Positions 1 to 11,715 are shown, counted from the stretch's first letter. The stretch is 64,000 bases of DNA from Eledone cirrhosa (GCA_964016885.1 OZ024750.1:51150001-51214000), one strand, 5' to 3'. The notes: generated by a model not told the origin, from the letters alone. Numbers and translations are program-made.

Positions 1-678
1 GTCAAATCAGTAAGAGAACATGTGTGTGGTCACTTGACCTGCTATAAATAGCAGCTAGCTCTCCCTCAAATTACTGCTGTCTTAACAAAGGGTAGCATGC
101 ATTAGATAATGTTGTCCTAAAAACTCATTGTTTAAATAATGGTTACGGTTAAACTGGATTTGGCTATTAGAAATATCAGTCAAATTTCCTTCAAATTACG
201 TACTGTTGACATTAACAAGGGAAGTACACATAAGATTATCCAGCTCCAGATATTCAATATTTTAATAAAACATAGTGAAAGAGAACGAGAGTTAGACAGA
301 GAGACATTGATATAATCCTACTTAGAACCAGTTTAACAAATATGGCTCTTTTAAAGTAGAGAAAAGTCAGAACATTCGCCGTCTTTCTACACAGTTCACT
401 CTTTGGTTTAAATCGTCGAAAGATTATTTTAGAATCCTCTCGCACATATTGCCATGAAGTGACACTAACTATGCCAGTTGTACATACCTGCACATAACTT
501 CCGACTAAAACCAGTAAAAGATTATAAGTGTATGTCTGTCTATCTGTATGTATGTATATTCAAAGAACGGAAGAACTCATAAGAGTCAACGGCCATCCAA
601 AAGTGTGTAAATATGTATATACACATGTACATATATATGTATATGTGTATATACATGGGTGTATATGTATGTATTTGC

Positions 679-1016
679 GCGGGGACATAGAAATAGTCGG
701 GCTGGACACCCGATCCCACGGTTAAACCACTGGGAGTGAAGGACCCCTAGCCTTTGTCAGGGCATTCTTCTAGGAGAAGGCAACTTAGGAAACTAGGATA
801 ACTCCGACATAAAACCTGCGGCTCAGTAGTTACCGACGATGTTGATCTTTTCTTCTTTTCGGGTTATAACTACTGTCGCTCAGAGAGTGGGATTGGCTTT
901 CCTCACTTTAAAAAACACCTTTGCGCACAGGCATTGCACGATAGAATTAATTAATAATTACTAATAATGGTATATCGTGCAATGGCCATACTCGATAACA
1001 AGGGGGCAGCCATCAT
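679..1016 (+). mobile_element. Short non-autonomous RTE-derived element (RTE 5'UTR-like head plus RTE 3' tail)
   Basis: The 3' end TCGTGCAATGGCCATACTCGATAACAAGGGGGCAGCCATCAT (975-1016) matches the RTE LINE tail at ~11237-11279 with one mismatch. GGGCATTCTTCTAGGAGAAGGCAACT (~760-785) resembles a motif typical of RTE 5'UTRs. No ORF. Confidence 0.65.
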
Positions 1017-1142
1017 TTATTTATATAACATATATGCTAACTCATTCCTATTGTAGGTCGACTTTGCTTCGCCACAGCCAAAGCTTCGATTTTACTAAGC
1101 TTCCACTTTTATATATATATATACATATATATACATATATAT

Positions 1143-1410
1143 AGTAATAATAATAAATTTCAAGACTAAAATCCAAAGAGGGCTCGATAAGGATAAATAT
1201 ATATCAAATATATAAGAACCGTAGAGCAAATATTTATTAAAATAACAGATTAAAGTTTAAGCAAAGAATCGCTGCTTTCACGTTGCAACCGGAGGAAGAC
1301 AGGAAGACGATACTTTGGTTCGTGGAAACGTTCGCTGGCAAAGAACGGGAAAAAACGAATAAGATACGTCATTAATAGGAGCGGTGAAAAACAATTACGC
1401 ACAAAGACAT
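1143..1410 (-). mobile_element. Penelope-like terminal-repeat fragment, same family as 5977-6280 and 32130-32295, hammerhead segment deleted
   Basis: Near-identical to 5977-6210 but joins CTTTCAC directly to GTTGCAACC, skipping ~70 bp. Flanked by (TA)n. Confidence 0.7.
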
Positions 1411-1565
1411 ATATATATATATATTTAAAGGTTAAACAAGGTTCAATGAATAAATCAAAGAATGAGTTTTACAATAGATTGGAAGTACTCAACAGTATTG
1501 GTTTTCCAGAGTTATTAATATTAATTCAAAATATTAACAAACATAGACATTCGTGTGATCAAGTA

Positions 1566-1632
1566 TATTTTATTATACATATTTCAGAGGTACTGAGCTA
1601 ACTTCAACAGTACGTTCTCATCAGATAAAATA
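1566..1632 (-). ncRNA. Type-I minimal hammerhead ribozyme motif
   Basis: Minus strand: stem I TATTTTAT/ATAAAATA, core CTGATGA, stem II GTACTG/CAGTAC, GAAA, short stem III ATATGTAT, AUA site. Confidence 0.7.
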
Positions 1633-1745
1633 AGATGATGCATGACATACCCTGACATAGTAGATGGTTAAGATTCAGTCATGGTAGTGACTACCAGGAC
1701 TGAATCTTAACCATCTACTATGCCAGGGTATGTCATGTATCATCT

Positions 1746-1812
1746 TATTCTATCTGATGAGGACGTACTGTTGAAGTTAGCTCAGTACCTCTGAAATATG
1801 TATAATAAAATA
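1746..1812 (+). ncRNA. Type-I minimal hammerhead ribozyme motif (mirror copy)
   Basis: TATTCTAT-CTGATGA(1754-1760)-stem II-GAAA(1793-1796)-TATGTA-TA-ATAAAATA. Confidence 0.65.
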
Positions 1813-1853
1813 TACTTGATCATACGAATGTCTATTTTTGTTAATATTTTGAA

Positions 1854-1948
<95 letters not shown>

Positions 1949-2896
1949 GTGTGTGTGTTTCTCTATTTTTCAGTGATACTGGTATTTGTTTGTAAATGTT
2001 GTCTTTCCTTTTTCAAGCAGCGATTGTAACATAAAAATATATAAACTTTCAAACAGAACTTGTCTGTTTTTCGCTATAGAAAATTTCATGAAACTCTGTT
2101 GTCCTCTATCCTGTTTGACGTCATATCTTGCTGTTTTTAGGAAAAACATTTTGAAAAATATAAATTTTCGTACACAATCATAAAACATATGTCATATACA
2201 CAGCCATATAACATAGAGGAATATTAGTTCACGAGGATAATCCCCCCACCACCCTGCTTTAAAAAAATCTGAATATCCCATCAGGCGATCTAATGTAAGG
2301 TTTTTGTAATTGTAGTTTATTTTGTGTGTTTTGGGGGTATTTTTAACCTTTTTCTATACGAATTCTTCTCTACATCCGGAGAAAGTTTAGTGAATACATT
2401 CATAAAATATGATTATCTTCGTAAAATGACGACTAAAATGTTATGGGAGAGGCGCGGCATATTTCCTCGTCACAAAAATGTGTATTAAATCATTCAACGT
2501 TTTTTTTTTTTTTCATCCCTGTCAACTTTTATATATTTATACATCTTAATCGTTAAACGATTCAATTTATTTATACAATTGACTGTTCCAACGCATTTCC
2601 TCTTCACTCACCTATTTCTCTTACTATCTTCTCTCCCTTCTTCCTATTTCCTGCACTACAAAACATTTCTATATATGACATATTTTACCAAATTGAGCAG
2701 ATTCTATTCTTAAAAATCTGATTTATTAACAATCGGCCACAAACCGTTGTTCGCAATGCGGAGGGGAGGTAGATAATCAAATACCGTGACCTGACCTACC
2801 ACGTACTCTTTACACCGGCCTCCGTCAAGACCTCTGGCGTCCTTCTCCCCGCACTCCTGTTTCCCCGTCGAAAAGAAGGCGGCCCGCTTGAAAAAG

Positions 2897-2961
2897 AGGT
2901 CCCGTGAGATGGGGTGGTTGTTGCAACCAGTGTTGCATAAATCACCCTATCTCACGGGACC
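2897..2961. repeat. GC-rich imperfect hairpin
   Basis: GGTCCCGTGAGATGGGGTGG...TGCAAC-CAGT-GTTGCA...TCACCCTATCTCACGGGACC. Confidence 0.7.
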
Positions 2962-4721
2962 CTTCCTCTGGCCATTCTCCGCGGTAACGCTTTTCTCTCC
3001 TTTTCATTGTCTTTATTCTTCCTTTTCTGTTCATGTTTTACAAATATTTTTCTCTTATTAAATAAGAATTGTATTTAGCCGTTAGAATAATATAGGCTGA
3101 AAACTTCATAGGTTGACCAAGATACTCTCATGGAATTACCAAATGTGGTTTAATTTCAACATAGTCCACGGATAGCCAATGTAGTTAATGCATGCAAGAT
3201 TTCATAGCGCTAGCCTCACTCCTCCATCCATTAAATTGACCCTGATTCTTGACCAGTATTTATTTCGAGATGATGCAACACAGATTTGAAATGAGAACAT
3301 AAAATAAAGTAATTTAACTCTACAAAAGTCAGACGTGCTACAACTTCTACTTGACAGTATTTCATGGAAACGGGTTTTAAAAAGGTTTTTTAACATGTGG
3401 GCTGTGAGAGGGAGAGGATTATGGGGAAGGGGAGGAGGAGGGGGAGGGGGAGGATATGGAAGAATAGGAGGAGGTGAAGGAGGATGAGGAGGAGCTATAA
3501 TAGATCCCCACTACAGGATTGGTACTTATGTTTATAGAGACTTCGAAATGATGTAATAGAAATATTACTGAAGCAGAATATACACAGAGATCATATGTAA
3601 ACGACCGACAGGCCACGGATTCTGCCAATCCCGTATCTTTTTATTTATAGCAATGGCCGTGTCTTTAATTATAACCCGCAATCACCACCTCATCTTATAC
3701 ACTTGGTTACCCACTAAAATGTTAAAGGAAATGTTTTCACCCTTTTATGTTCACAATTTTCTCCTCTTATTAAATACTTTAAGAAATATTAGATAACAAA
3801 AGTAATGTTTAATTAGATTTAGCAATCACATAAAAGAGATGTGAAGGGTGAGGGGGTTATATTTCATTTCATGATGGTGTATTGCGTCCTTTGAGTTACT
3901 TTCTTTATCATCTCTTCATATATTTATTAGTTTCTTTCTTGTTTGAAATTCGTTATTAATTTTGTTCATTAGCCTATATCTAAGGAGCGACACACATAAC
4001 AAGCGGCACTCAAAAGTTTTCTTGATTATTATCTTAGAAGATGGAATACAGGCGGAAATAAGCGAAACATGAAAGCAAAAATTACATCTTTCAAAAGTGT
4101 AATGAGATCTATCGCTCTAATCATTTTAATATACATGAGAACAACAACGCTGAATAGAGGGAATCATCGATTAGCATATGATTGAATACAGAGTGTTTGG
4201 CAGCGAAATTGATCATCTAATCTAACGGCAACATTTAAAGAAACAATTTGCATCTCTAAAACACAAACAGTAAAATATAAGAGAAGAAATTATTTCATCT
4301 CTTCCTACGGTCGCTAATTGTAATATGTTTAGTTTTAATAAGATTATCAAAACGTATCATTCATTTTGTGGCCTTTATCAGAAATGCTATGATATTATAA
4401 TTTCAGCTAGAAACCACACATTTTATCTTTCCAATTTTATTTTTTTTGCGCGCTGGTTTTATTATTTCTCTTTCTAGGCTTGTGTCTATTCCTGGAAACA
4501 TAATGTCATATCTTATCTCATTCGTCTATGTTATCGTTCGTCATAGCAATTATGACTTGTTTTACTTTGAATGTGGGAAAATAAAGTAAGAATAATTCCG
4601 TTTTGCAGTTATATATTAGGTTTTCTACTGTTTGTTACTAACCAGATTCAATATGTTATGTTATCTTCGGTTAGCTGGATATTTGTGGAAAAAGGACGGT
4701 TTACTTTTCAATATCTTTTAT

Positions 4722-4787
<66 letters not shown>

Positions 4788-4792
<5 letters not shown>

Positions 4793-4988
4793 GAAGGAAG
4801 TGTGGTAAGGAACTGGTTGGATAATAACGCACCAGAGTACTCAATACTTAGGGTAATGGAGTGGGTAATGGGAAAATGTATAACCCCGACGGCGGAGCTC
4901 AAGCTGTTTCGGCGGCTTTTTCTAGAAACAGTCTAGAAATAGCCGTCAAAACGGCTTCAGCTCTGCCGTCGGGGTTTTACATTTTCCT
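4788..4988. mobile_element. Short palindromic element (palindrome 4871-4987) carrying a hammerhead 3' half, in (TA)n
   Basis: GGAAAATGTATAACCCCGACGGC...GCCGTCGGGGTTTTACATTTTCC. Related copies at 13715-13851, 14353-14439 and 15820-15925. Confidence 0.75.
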
Positions 4989-5003
4989 ATATATATATAT
5001 ATA

Positions 5004-5091
5004 GGTTTTAATATAGATGAGATTCTACAGGACTAGAACTGTTTCATTCTTCAGAAATCATCAGGAATCTGGGTATCAAAAAATAGTTATG
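5004..5091 (-). mobile_element. Inverted pseudo-LTR segment of a Penelope-like element with hammerhead-like motif (5015-5070)
   Basis: Reverse complement of 12602-12690. Minus strand reads CTGATGA-TTTCTGAAGAAT-GAAAC-AGTTCTAGTCCTGTAGAAT-CTC. Confidence 0.7.
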
Positions 5092-5101
5092 CCTCACAAA
5101 T

Positions 5102-5495
5102 GATATCGTATACAAATGCGAGGTCATCTCAGGCACCGATGATTGCAAAAAAACTTACATCGGCATGACGTCCAACAACTTTAAAGACCCGTTGGTATGC
5201 CCATACCCACTCCTTCAGAAGACCGGACAAATCAAACCAGACAACACTCGCCTCCTATGTTTGGGACCTCAAAAGGAACTCCACCCCCTTCACGCTTAAA
5301 TGGAAAATACTCCAGAAAGCGCGCTCTTACAACGGAGGACACAAGGGCTGCGACCTCTGTATCTCAGAGAGCTACGAAATTTTATTCGCCAAGGGCTCGC
5401 TACTGAACAAACTCTCTGAACACTGCCCGAACTGTATGCACAAGAACTTTACAACTTTTAAACACTTTAAGCCAGTGTTAAAGCCCGATGGCTAA
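5102..5495 (+). pseudogene. GIY-YIG endonuclease remnant of a Penelope-like retroelement (one frameshift near 5188)
   Basis: Manual translation: DIVYKCEVISGTDDCKKTYIGMTSNNFKD/RWYAHTHSFRRPDKSNQTTLASYVWDLKRNSTPFTLKWKILQKARSYNGGHKGCDLCISESYEILFAKGSLLNKLSEHCPNCMHKNF. It has the IVY...YIG, R..H, CxLCxxE, LLNK and CxH motifs. Not represented in the ORF track. Confidence 0.8.
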
Positions 5496-5863
5496 AAACG
5501 ACCTCCCCCTATTGGTTCTTATTCCTCCTTCCCACCCTACCCCCACCCCTCCTCAACCTGAAATACGGCCACTATGGTTATGTGAGTACCTCTTACCTAT
5601 CTGCATTCTCTGCCTGTAGAACCTGTTTTTATGTGCCTGTGTATATGCGTATATTTATTGAGTACTTATTTATTTGTTAGTGTACATATTTGTGTGTATG
5701 TATGTATATGTATGTGTATGTTTATGTATTGTATGTATGAGTATGTGTGCACATATGTATGTGTGTGTGTGTGTATATATATTTATATGTGTATGTGTAT
5801 TTATGTGTATATCTGTATGTATGGGTATACGTGTATGTATGTGCATGTGTGTATATATATGTG

Positions 5864-5918
<55 letters not shown>

Positions 5919-5976
5919 ATGTGTGTATGTATGTGTATATATGTGTATGTGTGTTTATATATATATATATATATAT

Positions 5977-6272
5977 AGTAATAATAATAAAATTGAAGAC
6001 TAAAATCCAAAGAGGGCTCGATAAGGAAAATATATATCAAATATATAAGAACCGTAGAGCAAATATTTATTAAAATAACAGATTAAAGTTTAAGCAAAGA
6101 ATCGCTGCTTTCACCCTTAACGGGATCTTCTGAAACTAACAAAGTCAATCTTTAAACGCAGAACTGGATATTTCAAAAAACGTTGCAACCGGAGGAAGAC
6201 AGGAAGACGATAGAAGATCCCGTTAAGGGTGAAAGCAGCGATTCTTCGCTTAAACTTTAATCTGTTATTTTA

Positions 6273-6280
<8 letters not shown>
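5977..6280 (-). mobile_element. Penelope-like terminal-repeat element with inverted segment (arms ~6061-6130 / 6212-6280)
   Basis: 6212-6280 is the reverse complement of ~6061-6130. Bounded by (TA)n on both sides. Family copies at 1143 and 32130. Confidence 0.75.
6087..6137 (-). ncRNA. Hammerhead-like motif with variant core CAGAAGA
   Basis: AGTTT-CAGAAGA-TCCCGTTAAGGGT-GAAA-GCAGCGATTCTTTGC-TT-AAACT. Stems I (AGTTT/AAACT), II (CCC/GGG) and III (GCA/TGC) all pair. Confidence 0.55.
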
Positions 6281-6335
<55 letters not shown>

Positions 6336-6373
6336 ATTAAATAAATGGAAAACTATATTTATAAAACCATATT

Positions 6374-6439
6374 TATTTCATTATATATATTTCGGGGATA
6401 TCATATTAACAATATGCTATGCCTTCATCAGACAAAATA
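6374..6439 (-). ncRNA. Type-I minimal hammerhead ribozyme motif (mirror of 8890-8955)
   Basis: Reverse complement of the 8890-8955 motif. Confidence 0.6.
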
Positions 6440-6799
6440 CAATATAAACAGTTTTATAGATAAATATATTCGACATACCGTAATAAACATCAACTTCATT
6501 TGAAGAGGTTTACTCTAGCAGTGAAAATACAGAGAGAAAGAAAGAGAGAAAGAAAAGAGGGAAAAAAGAAAGAAAGAAAGACAAAACGAAGAAGAGGAAG
6601 AAAAAGAAGAAAAAGAAAAAGAAGAAATGCATGGGACAAAATAGAGAGATGGAAAAATAGATAAAGCGAAGAGCTTCATGTAAAGAGACAGAAAGATATA
6701 TATATATATAGAGAGAGAGGAAATAGAGATAGATACATATATATATATAGAAAATTAGGTAGTGGGAGGTCATTTTGAGTAAGTGTATCAATGATACAT

Positions 6800-6834
<35 letters not shown>

Positions 6835-8494
6835 GCTCAAGTATTAATGTAAGGGAGATATATAGAGAGATATAGAGAGATATAGAGAGAGAAAAAAATT
6901 TAAAAATAGCCAGACATATTCGAGGCGTAGAAAACCCTATGTTTTAATGTATTAGTATTTATAAAACTTACACTATATTGTAAATATCAGTATTCCTGAA
7001 TGAAACAAGTATTCACAATGTGTGAAAATTCATTATCTTATGTTTAGTTTTAAAAAATTCATATGTTTATGTGACAGCTACAAACATCAATGTGAATCCA
7101 ACTGATTCACTCTGCAAACTTTTAGTTACCGGAAAACATTCTCAGTGTGGTATAAAAATTTGAGCGTATTATTATTCTTGCGATTACTCTACAAGATTAT
7201 CTATCAAGCAGAAATAGAGAGCAGATTTCAATATACTAATCGAAAATATATATTATATTATAAACAAAGATAACAATAATAATAATAATAAGTAAAAATA
7301 TATAAAAATATAGAATAGAAAACTAAAAAAAATATATTACGAAAGAATATTACATAATAAAAATATTGCATATTAAGATACTACGTATTAAAAAATATTA
7401 CGTATTAAAAATTTACATATAAAAATATTAAAAATAAAATAAAAAAATAAAATAAAAAATAAAAATATTATAGAATACTACAATACTAAAAGAATAAAAA
7501 TAAAAATAAAAATAATCACATCTAGCAAAGAATATCGCAAAAAGATTATGATGTCCAATAATGTCTACATATGTTCCTATATTTAATATAGAAGTTTATC
7601 TAGTGTAAGGTTAATTCAAAAAAATTTGTCTTGTAATGAACTTGGCAATATATTGTCAATTAACTTTGAAGGGTTGTTCTTTGTGGTTTATTTTTATTTT
7701 TATTTTTATTTTTATTTTTATTTTTATTTTTATTTTTATTTTTATTTTTATTTTTATTTTTATTTTTATTTTTATTTTTATTTTTAATTTTATTTTTATT
7801 TTTATTTTTATTTTTATTTTTATTTTTATTTTTATTCTTTTAGTATTGTAGTATTCTATAATATTTTTATTTTTTATTTTATTTTTTTATTTTATTTTTA
7901 ATATTTTTATATGTAAATTTTTAATACGTAATATTTTTTAATACGTAGTATCTTAATATGCAATATTTTTATTATGTAATATTCTTTCGTAATATATTTT
8001 TTTTAGTTTTCTATTCTATATTTTTATATATTTTTACTTATTATTATTATTATTGTTATCTTTGTTTATAATATAATATATATTTTCGATTAGTATATTG
8101 AAATCTGCTCTCTATTTCTGCTTGATAGATAATCTTGTAGAGTAATCGCAAGAATAATAATACGCTCAAATTTTTATACCACACTGAGAATGTTTTCCGG
8201 TAACTAAAAGTTTGCAGAGTGAATCAGTTGGATTCACATTGATGTTTGTAGCTGTCACATAAACATATGAATTTTTTAAAACTAAACATAAGATAATGAA
8301 TTTTCACACATTGTGAATACTTGTTTCATTCAGGAATACTGATATTTACAATATAGTGTAAGTTTTATAAATACTAATACATTAAAACATAGGGTTTTCT
8401 ACGCCTCGAATATGTCTGGCTATTTTTAAATTTTTTTCTCTCTCTATATCTCTCTATATCTCTCTATATATCTCCCTTACATTAATACTTGAGC

Positions 8495-8529
<35 letters not shown>

Positions 8530-8889
8530 ATGTATCATTGATACACTTACTCAAAATGACCTCCCACTACCTAATTTTCTATATATATATATGTATCTAT
8601 CTCTATTTCCTCTCTCTCTATATATATATATCTCTTTCTGTCTCTTTACATGAAGCTCTTCGCTTTATCTATTTTTCCATCTCTCTATTTTGTCCCATGC
8701 ATTTCTTCTTTTTCTTTTTCTTCTTTTTCTTCCTCTTCTTCGTTTTGTCTTTCTTTCTTTCTTTTTTCCCTCTTTTCTTTCTCTCTTTCTTTCTCTCTGT
8801 ATTTTCACTGCTAGAGTAAACCTCTTCAAATGAAGTTGATGTTTATTACGGTATGTCGAATATATTTATCTATAAAACTGTTTATATTG

Positions 8890-8955
8890 TATTTTGTCTG
8901 ATGAAGGCATAGCATATTGTTAATATGATATCCCCGAAATATATATAATGAAATA
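8890..8955 (+). ncRNA. Type-I minimal hammerhead ribozyme motif
   Basis: TATTTTGT-CTGATGA(8898-8904)-stem II containing CATATT/AATATG-GAAA(8936-8939)-TATATA-TA-ATGAAATA. Stem III is palindromic. Confidence 0.6.
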
Positions 8956-9083
8956 AATATGGTTTTATAAATATAGTTTTCCATTTATTTAATATTGTAA
9001 ATATACTCCAAATATTTGTCGAGTGCTTTTATATCAGTTATAAATATTTACTAGTTGTAACCCAACAATTTTAAATATAACTT

Positions 9084-9142
<59 letters not shown>

Positions 9143-9250
9143 GTATATATATATATATATATGCGTATGTATGTGTGTATATATATATATATATGTGTGT
9201 GTATATACATATGTGTATGTATATGTATGTGTGTATGTGTGTATGTGTGT

Positions 9251-9278
<28 letters not shown>

Positions 9279-9281
<3 letters not shown>

Positions 9282-9358
9282 AAATAAGTCCCTCATCAGT
9301 GATCTGCCGAAGATCATAGATATTTCACGGCAAATCACTGATGAGGGACTTATTTTAT
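9279..9358. repeat. Short inverted repeat whose arms contain CTGATGA
   Basis: ATAAAATAAGTCCCTCATCAGTGATCTGCCG / CGGCAAATCACTGATGAGGGACTTATTTTAT with an ~18-nt spacer. Confidence 0.75.
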
Positions 9359-9389
9359 TACATGTTATCCATGTGCTACCTGCAGTATT

Positions 9390-9430
<41 letters not shown>

Positions 9431-9515
9431 GTGTATGCAGGTATATATGTGTATGTACGTATATATATGTGTGTGTATGTATGTATATGTGTATGTATAT
9501 ATATATATATATATT

Positions 9516-9560
<45 letters not shown>

Positions 9561-9561
9561 G

Positions 9562-9614
<53 letters not shown>

Positions 9615-9628
9615 GTGCGCCTGCGTAC

Positions 9629-9709
<81 letters not shown>

Positions 9710-9710
<1 letters not shown>

Positions 9711-10906
9711 TAATCATAAGAGACCTCTTGTATGCAGATGATTGCGATCTTGTAGCGCACACAGAGTGATATGCAGCACATTTTGAATGCATTTTCTGAC
9801 GCTTGCACTGCCCTGGGTTTGACTGTCAATCTCAAGAAAACCGTCGTCATGTACCAACCTGCCCCTAGTAAGCAGTACACTGAACCAAACATCTATGTGT
9901 ATGGCAAACGACTTGGAGTGGTTGATCAGTTTGTCTACCTGGGAAGCACTGTCAATCGATACGGCAACCTTGACAGTGAAATCTCACTTAGGATTAGGAA
10001 AGCAAGTGATGCTTTCGGAAAGCTAGAAAAGCGACTCTGGGGTCAGCGAGACATATGCAGGAGGACAAAGGTAAAGGTGTACAGGGCATGTGTACTCTCT
10101 TGTCTTCTTTATGCCTGCGAGACCTGGGTCACATATCGACACCACCTTAAGCAATTGGAGCGTTTCCATCAGATGTGTCTCAGACGGATCCATGGCGTTC
10201 ACTGGAAGGACCACATCAGTGATGTCGAGATTTTGGAAAGCTCTATGTGTGACAGTATAGAAGCTCTTGTGCTTAAGCAACGACTCCGTTGGAGTGGTCA
10301 CCTTGCCAGGATGAAGGATTCTAGAATACCAAAACAACTTTATGGAGAGTTGGTTAAAGGAAAACGACCGCCACATAAACCAAAAAAGAGGTATAAGGAT
10401 TCCTTGAAAGCCTCTCTGAAAGACGCTAACATCTCTGCTGATACATGGGAAAATATTGCTGCTGACGTAATAAATGGAGAAAGACTGTATATGAGGGAAA
10501 AGTTGCCTTTGAGGCATCTCGAATCGCACACGAGAAAGTAAAGCGGGATGTGAGGAAGGGCATTGCTGTTGCACTTCCAGACGGCGAGGGTCCTCCTATG
10601 GTGCTGACATGCAGCGTCTGTGCGAGACTCTGCCTAAACAAAGCTGGACTCGAAAGTCATCTTCGCAGTCATAAAGTAAGACCAGTGGTTGACTACCAGA
10701 CTGCTGTTGGAGATGCTACTCATCATGCTTGCCAAACATGTGGTAGAAAATGTAACTCAGCAGGAGGGCTCAAGCGACATGCAAAAGTACACGAACTCCA
10801 ACCACAACCGACTATTCCCAGTGAATGTTTTGGTTGCCGACTCTGTGCAAGACATTTTAGATCATTGGCTGGGCTAAAAAGCCACATTCGATCGCAGCGC
10901 TGTTAG
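9710..10906 (+). pseudogene. RTE reverse transcriptase C-terminal half plus three C2H2 zinc fingers (disrupted)
   Basis: Stop and frameshift at ~9767 and a frameshift near 10470. ORF 10550-10906 has CSVC..H..SH, CQTC..H..VH and CRLC..H motifs. Confidence 0.85.
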
Positions 10907-11035
10907 TTGCTATCGTGTGTGTGTGTGTGTGTCTGTAGATATGCTTATGTGCGTGCGTGTGTGTGTATATATATATGAATATGTATATTATTATTGTTGT
11001 TGTCGTTATTATTATTATTGCTATTATTATTATTA

Positions 11036-11108
<73 letters not shown>

Positions 11109-11280
11109 ATGTGTGTGTATATGTGTGTGTGTATGTGTATGTATGTGTGTATGTATATATGTATGTATGTATATATATATATATATATTTCTTTTTTTTA
11201 ATTTATTTATTTATTATTATTATTTTTTTTTTTCTTCTCGTGCAATGGCCATACTCGATAACGAGGGGGCAGCCATCATA
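9710..11280 (+). mobile_element. 5'-truncated RTE-clade LINE inserted in (TA)n; 3'UTR interrupted by microsatellites
   Basis: [12 protein letters not shown] (RT YADD), [59 protein letters not shown]. Tail at ~11237-11280. Confidence 0.92.
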
Positions 11281-11318
11281 TATATATATATATGTATATA
11301 TATGTGTACATGTATGTA

Positions 11319-11351
<33 letters not shown>

Positions 11352-11370
11352 GTGTGTGTATGTGTGTGTA

Positions 11371-11451
<81 letters not shown>

Positions 11452-11684
11452 ATATGCGCGTATATATGTATATATATATATTTATATATATATATATATA
11501 TATGTCTAAATATGTATATATATATATTATATTACGGCTCTGTCCTCAGACATCGAGCTAACCTTATACTGCCTATTGGATAAGTGGAGTGTTACACACT
11601 ACTGATCCCCTCCCTTATATACTATATATATGTGTGTATATATATATATGTGTATATATGTATGTGTGTGTGTGTGTATGTGTA

Positions 11685-11715
<31 letters not shown>

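Larger units (their letters stand above)
1425..1860. mobile_element. Fold-back hammerhead-bearing element (palindrome 1518-1860 centred at 1689) in (TA)n
   Basis: Arms 1518-1688 and 1690-1860 are reverse complements with few mismatches and a 1-nt spacer (GGTAGT-G-ACTACC). Each arm carries a hammerhead motif. Confidence 0.85.
6330..9085. mobile_element. Large fold-back element: ~1.18-kb inverted arms (6330-7514 / ~7815-8999) with a hammerhead near each outer end
   Basis: The arms are near-identical reverse complements (mirror ORFs 6510-6791 and 8538-8819 differ at about one residue). The spacer is ~170 bp unique plus (TTTTTA)n. Flanked by (TA)n. Confidence 0.85.

Noticed and set aside
10550-10906. 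Host C2H2 zinc-finger gene
   Set aside because: It lies between the RTE RT region and the RTE tail, so it is part of the LINE.
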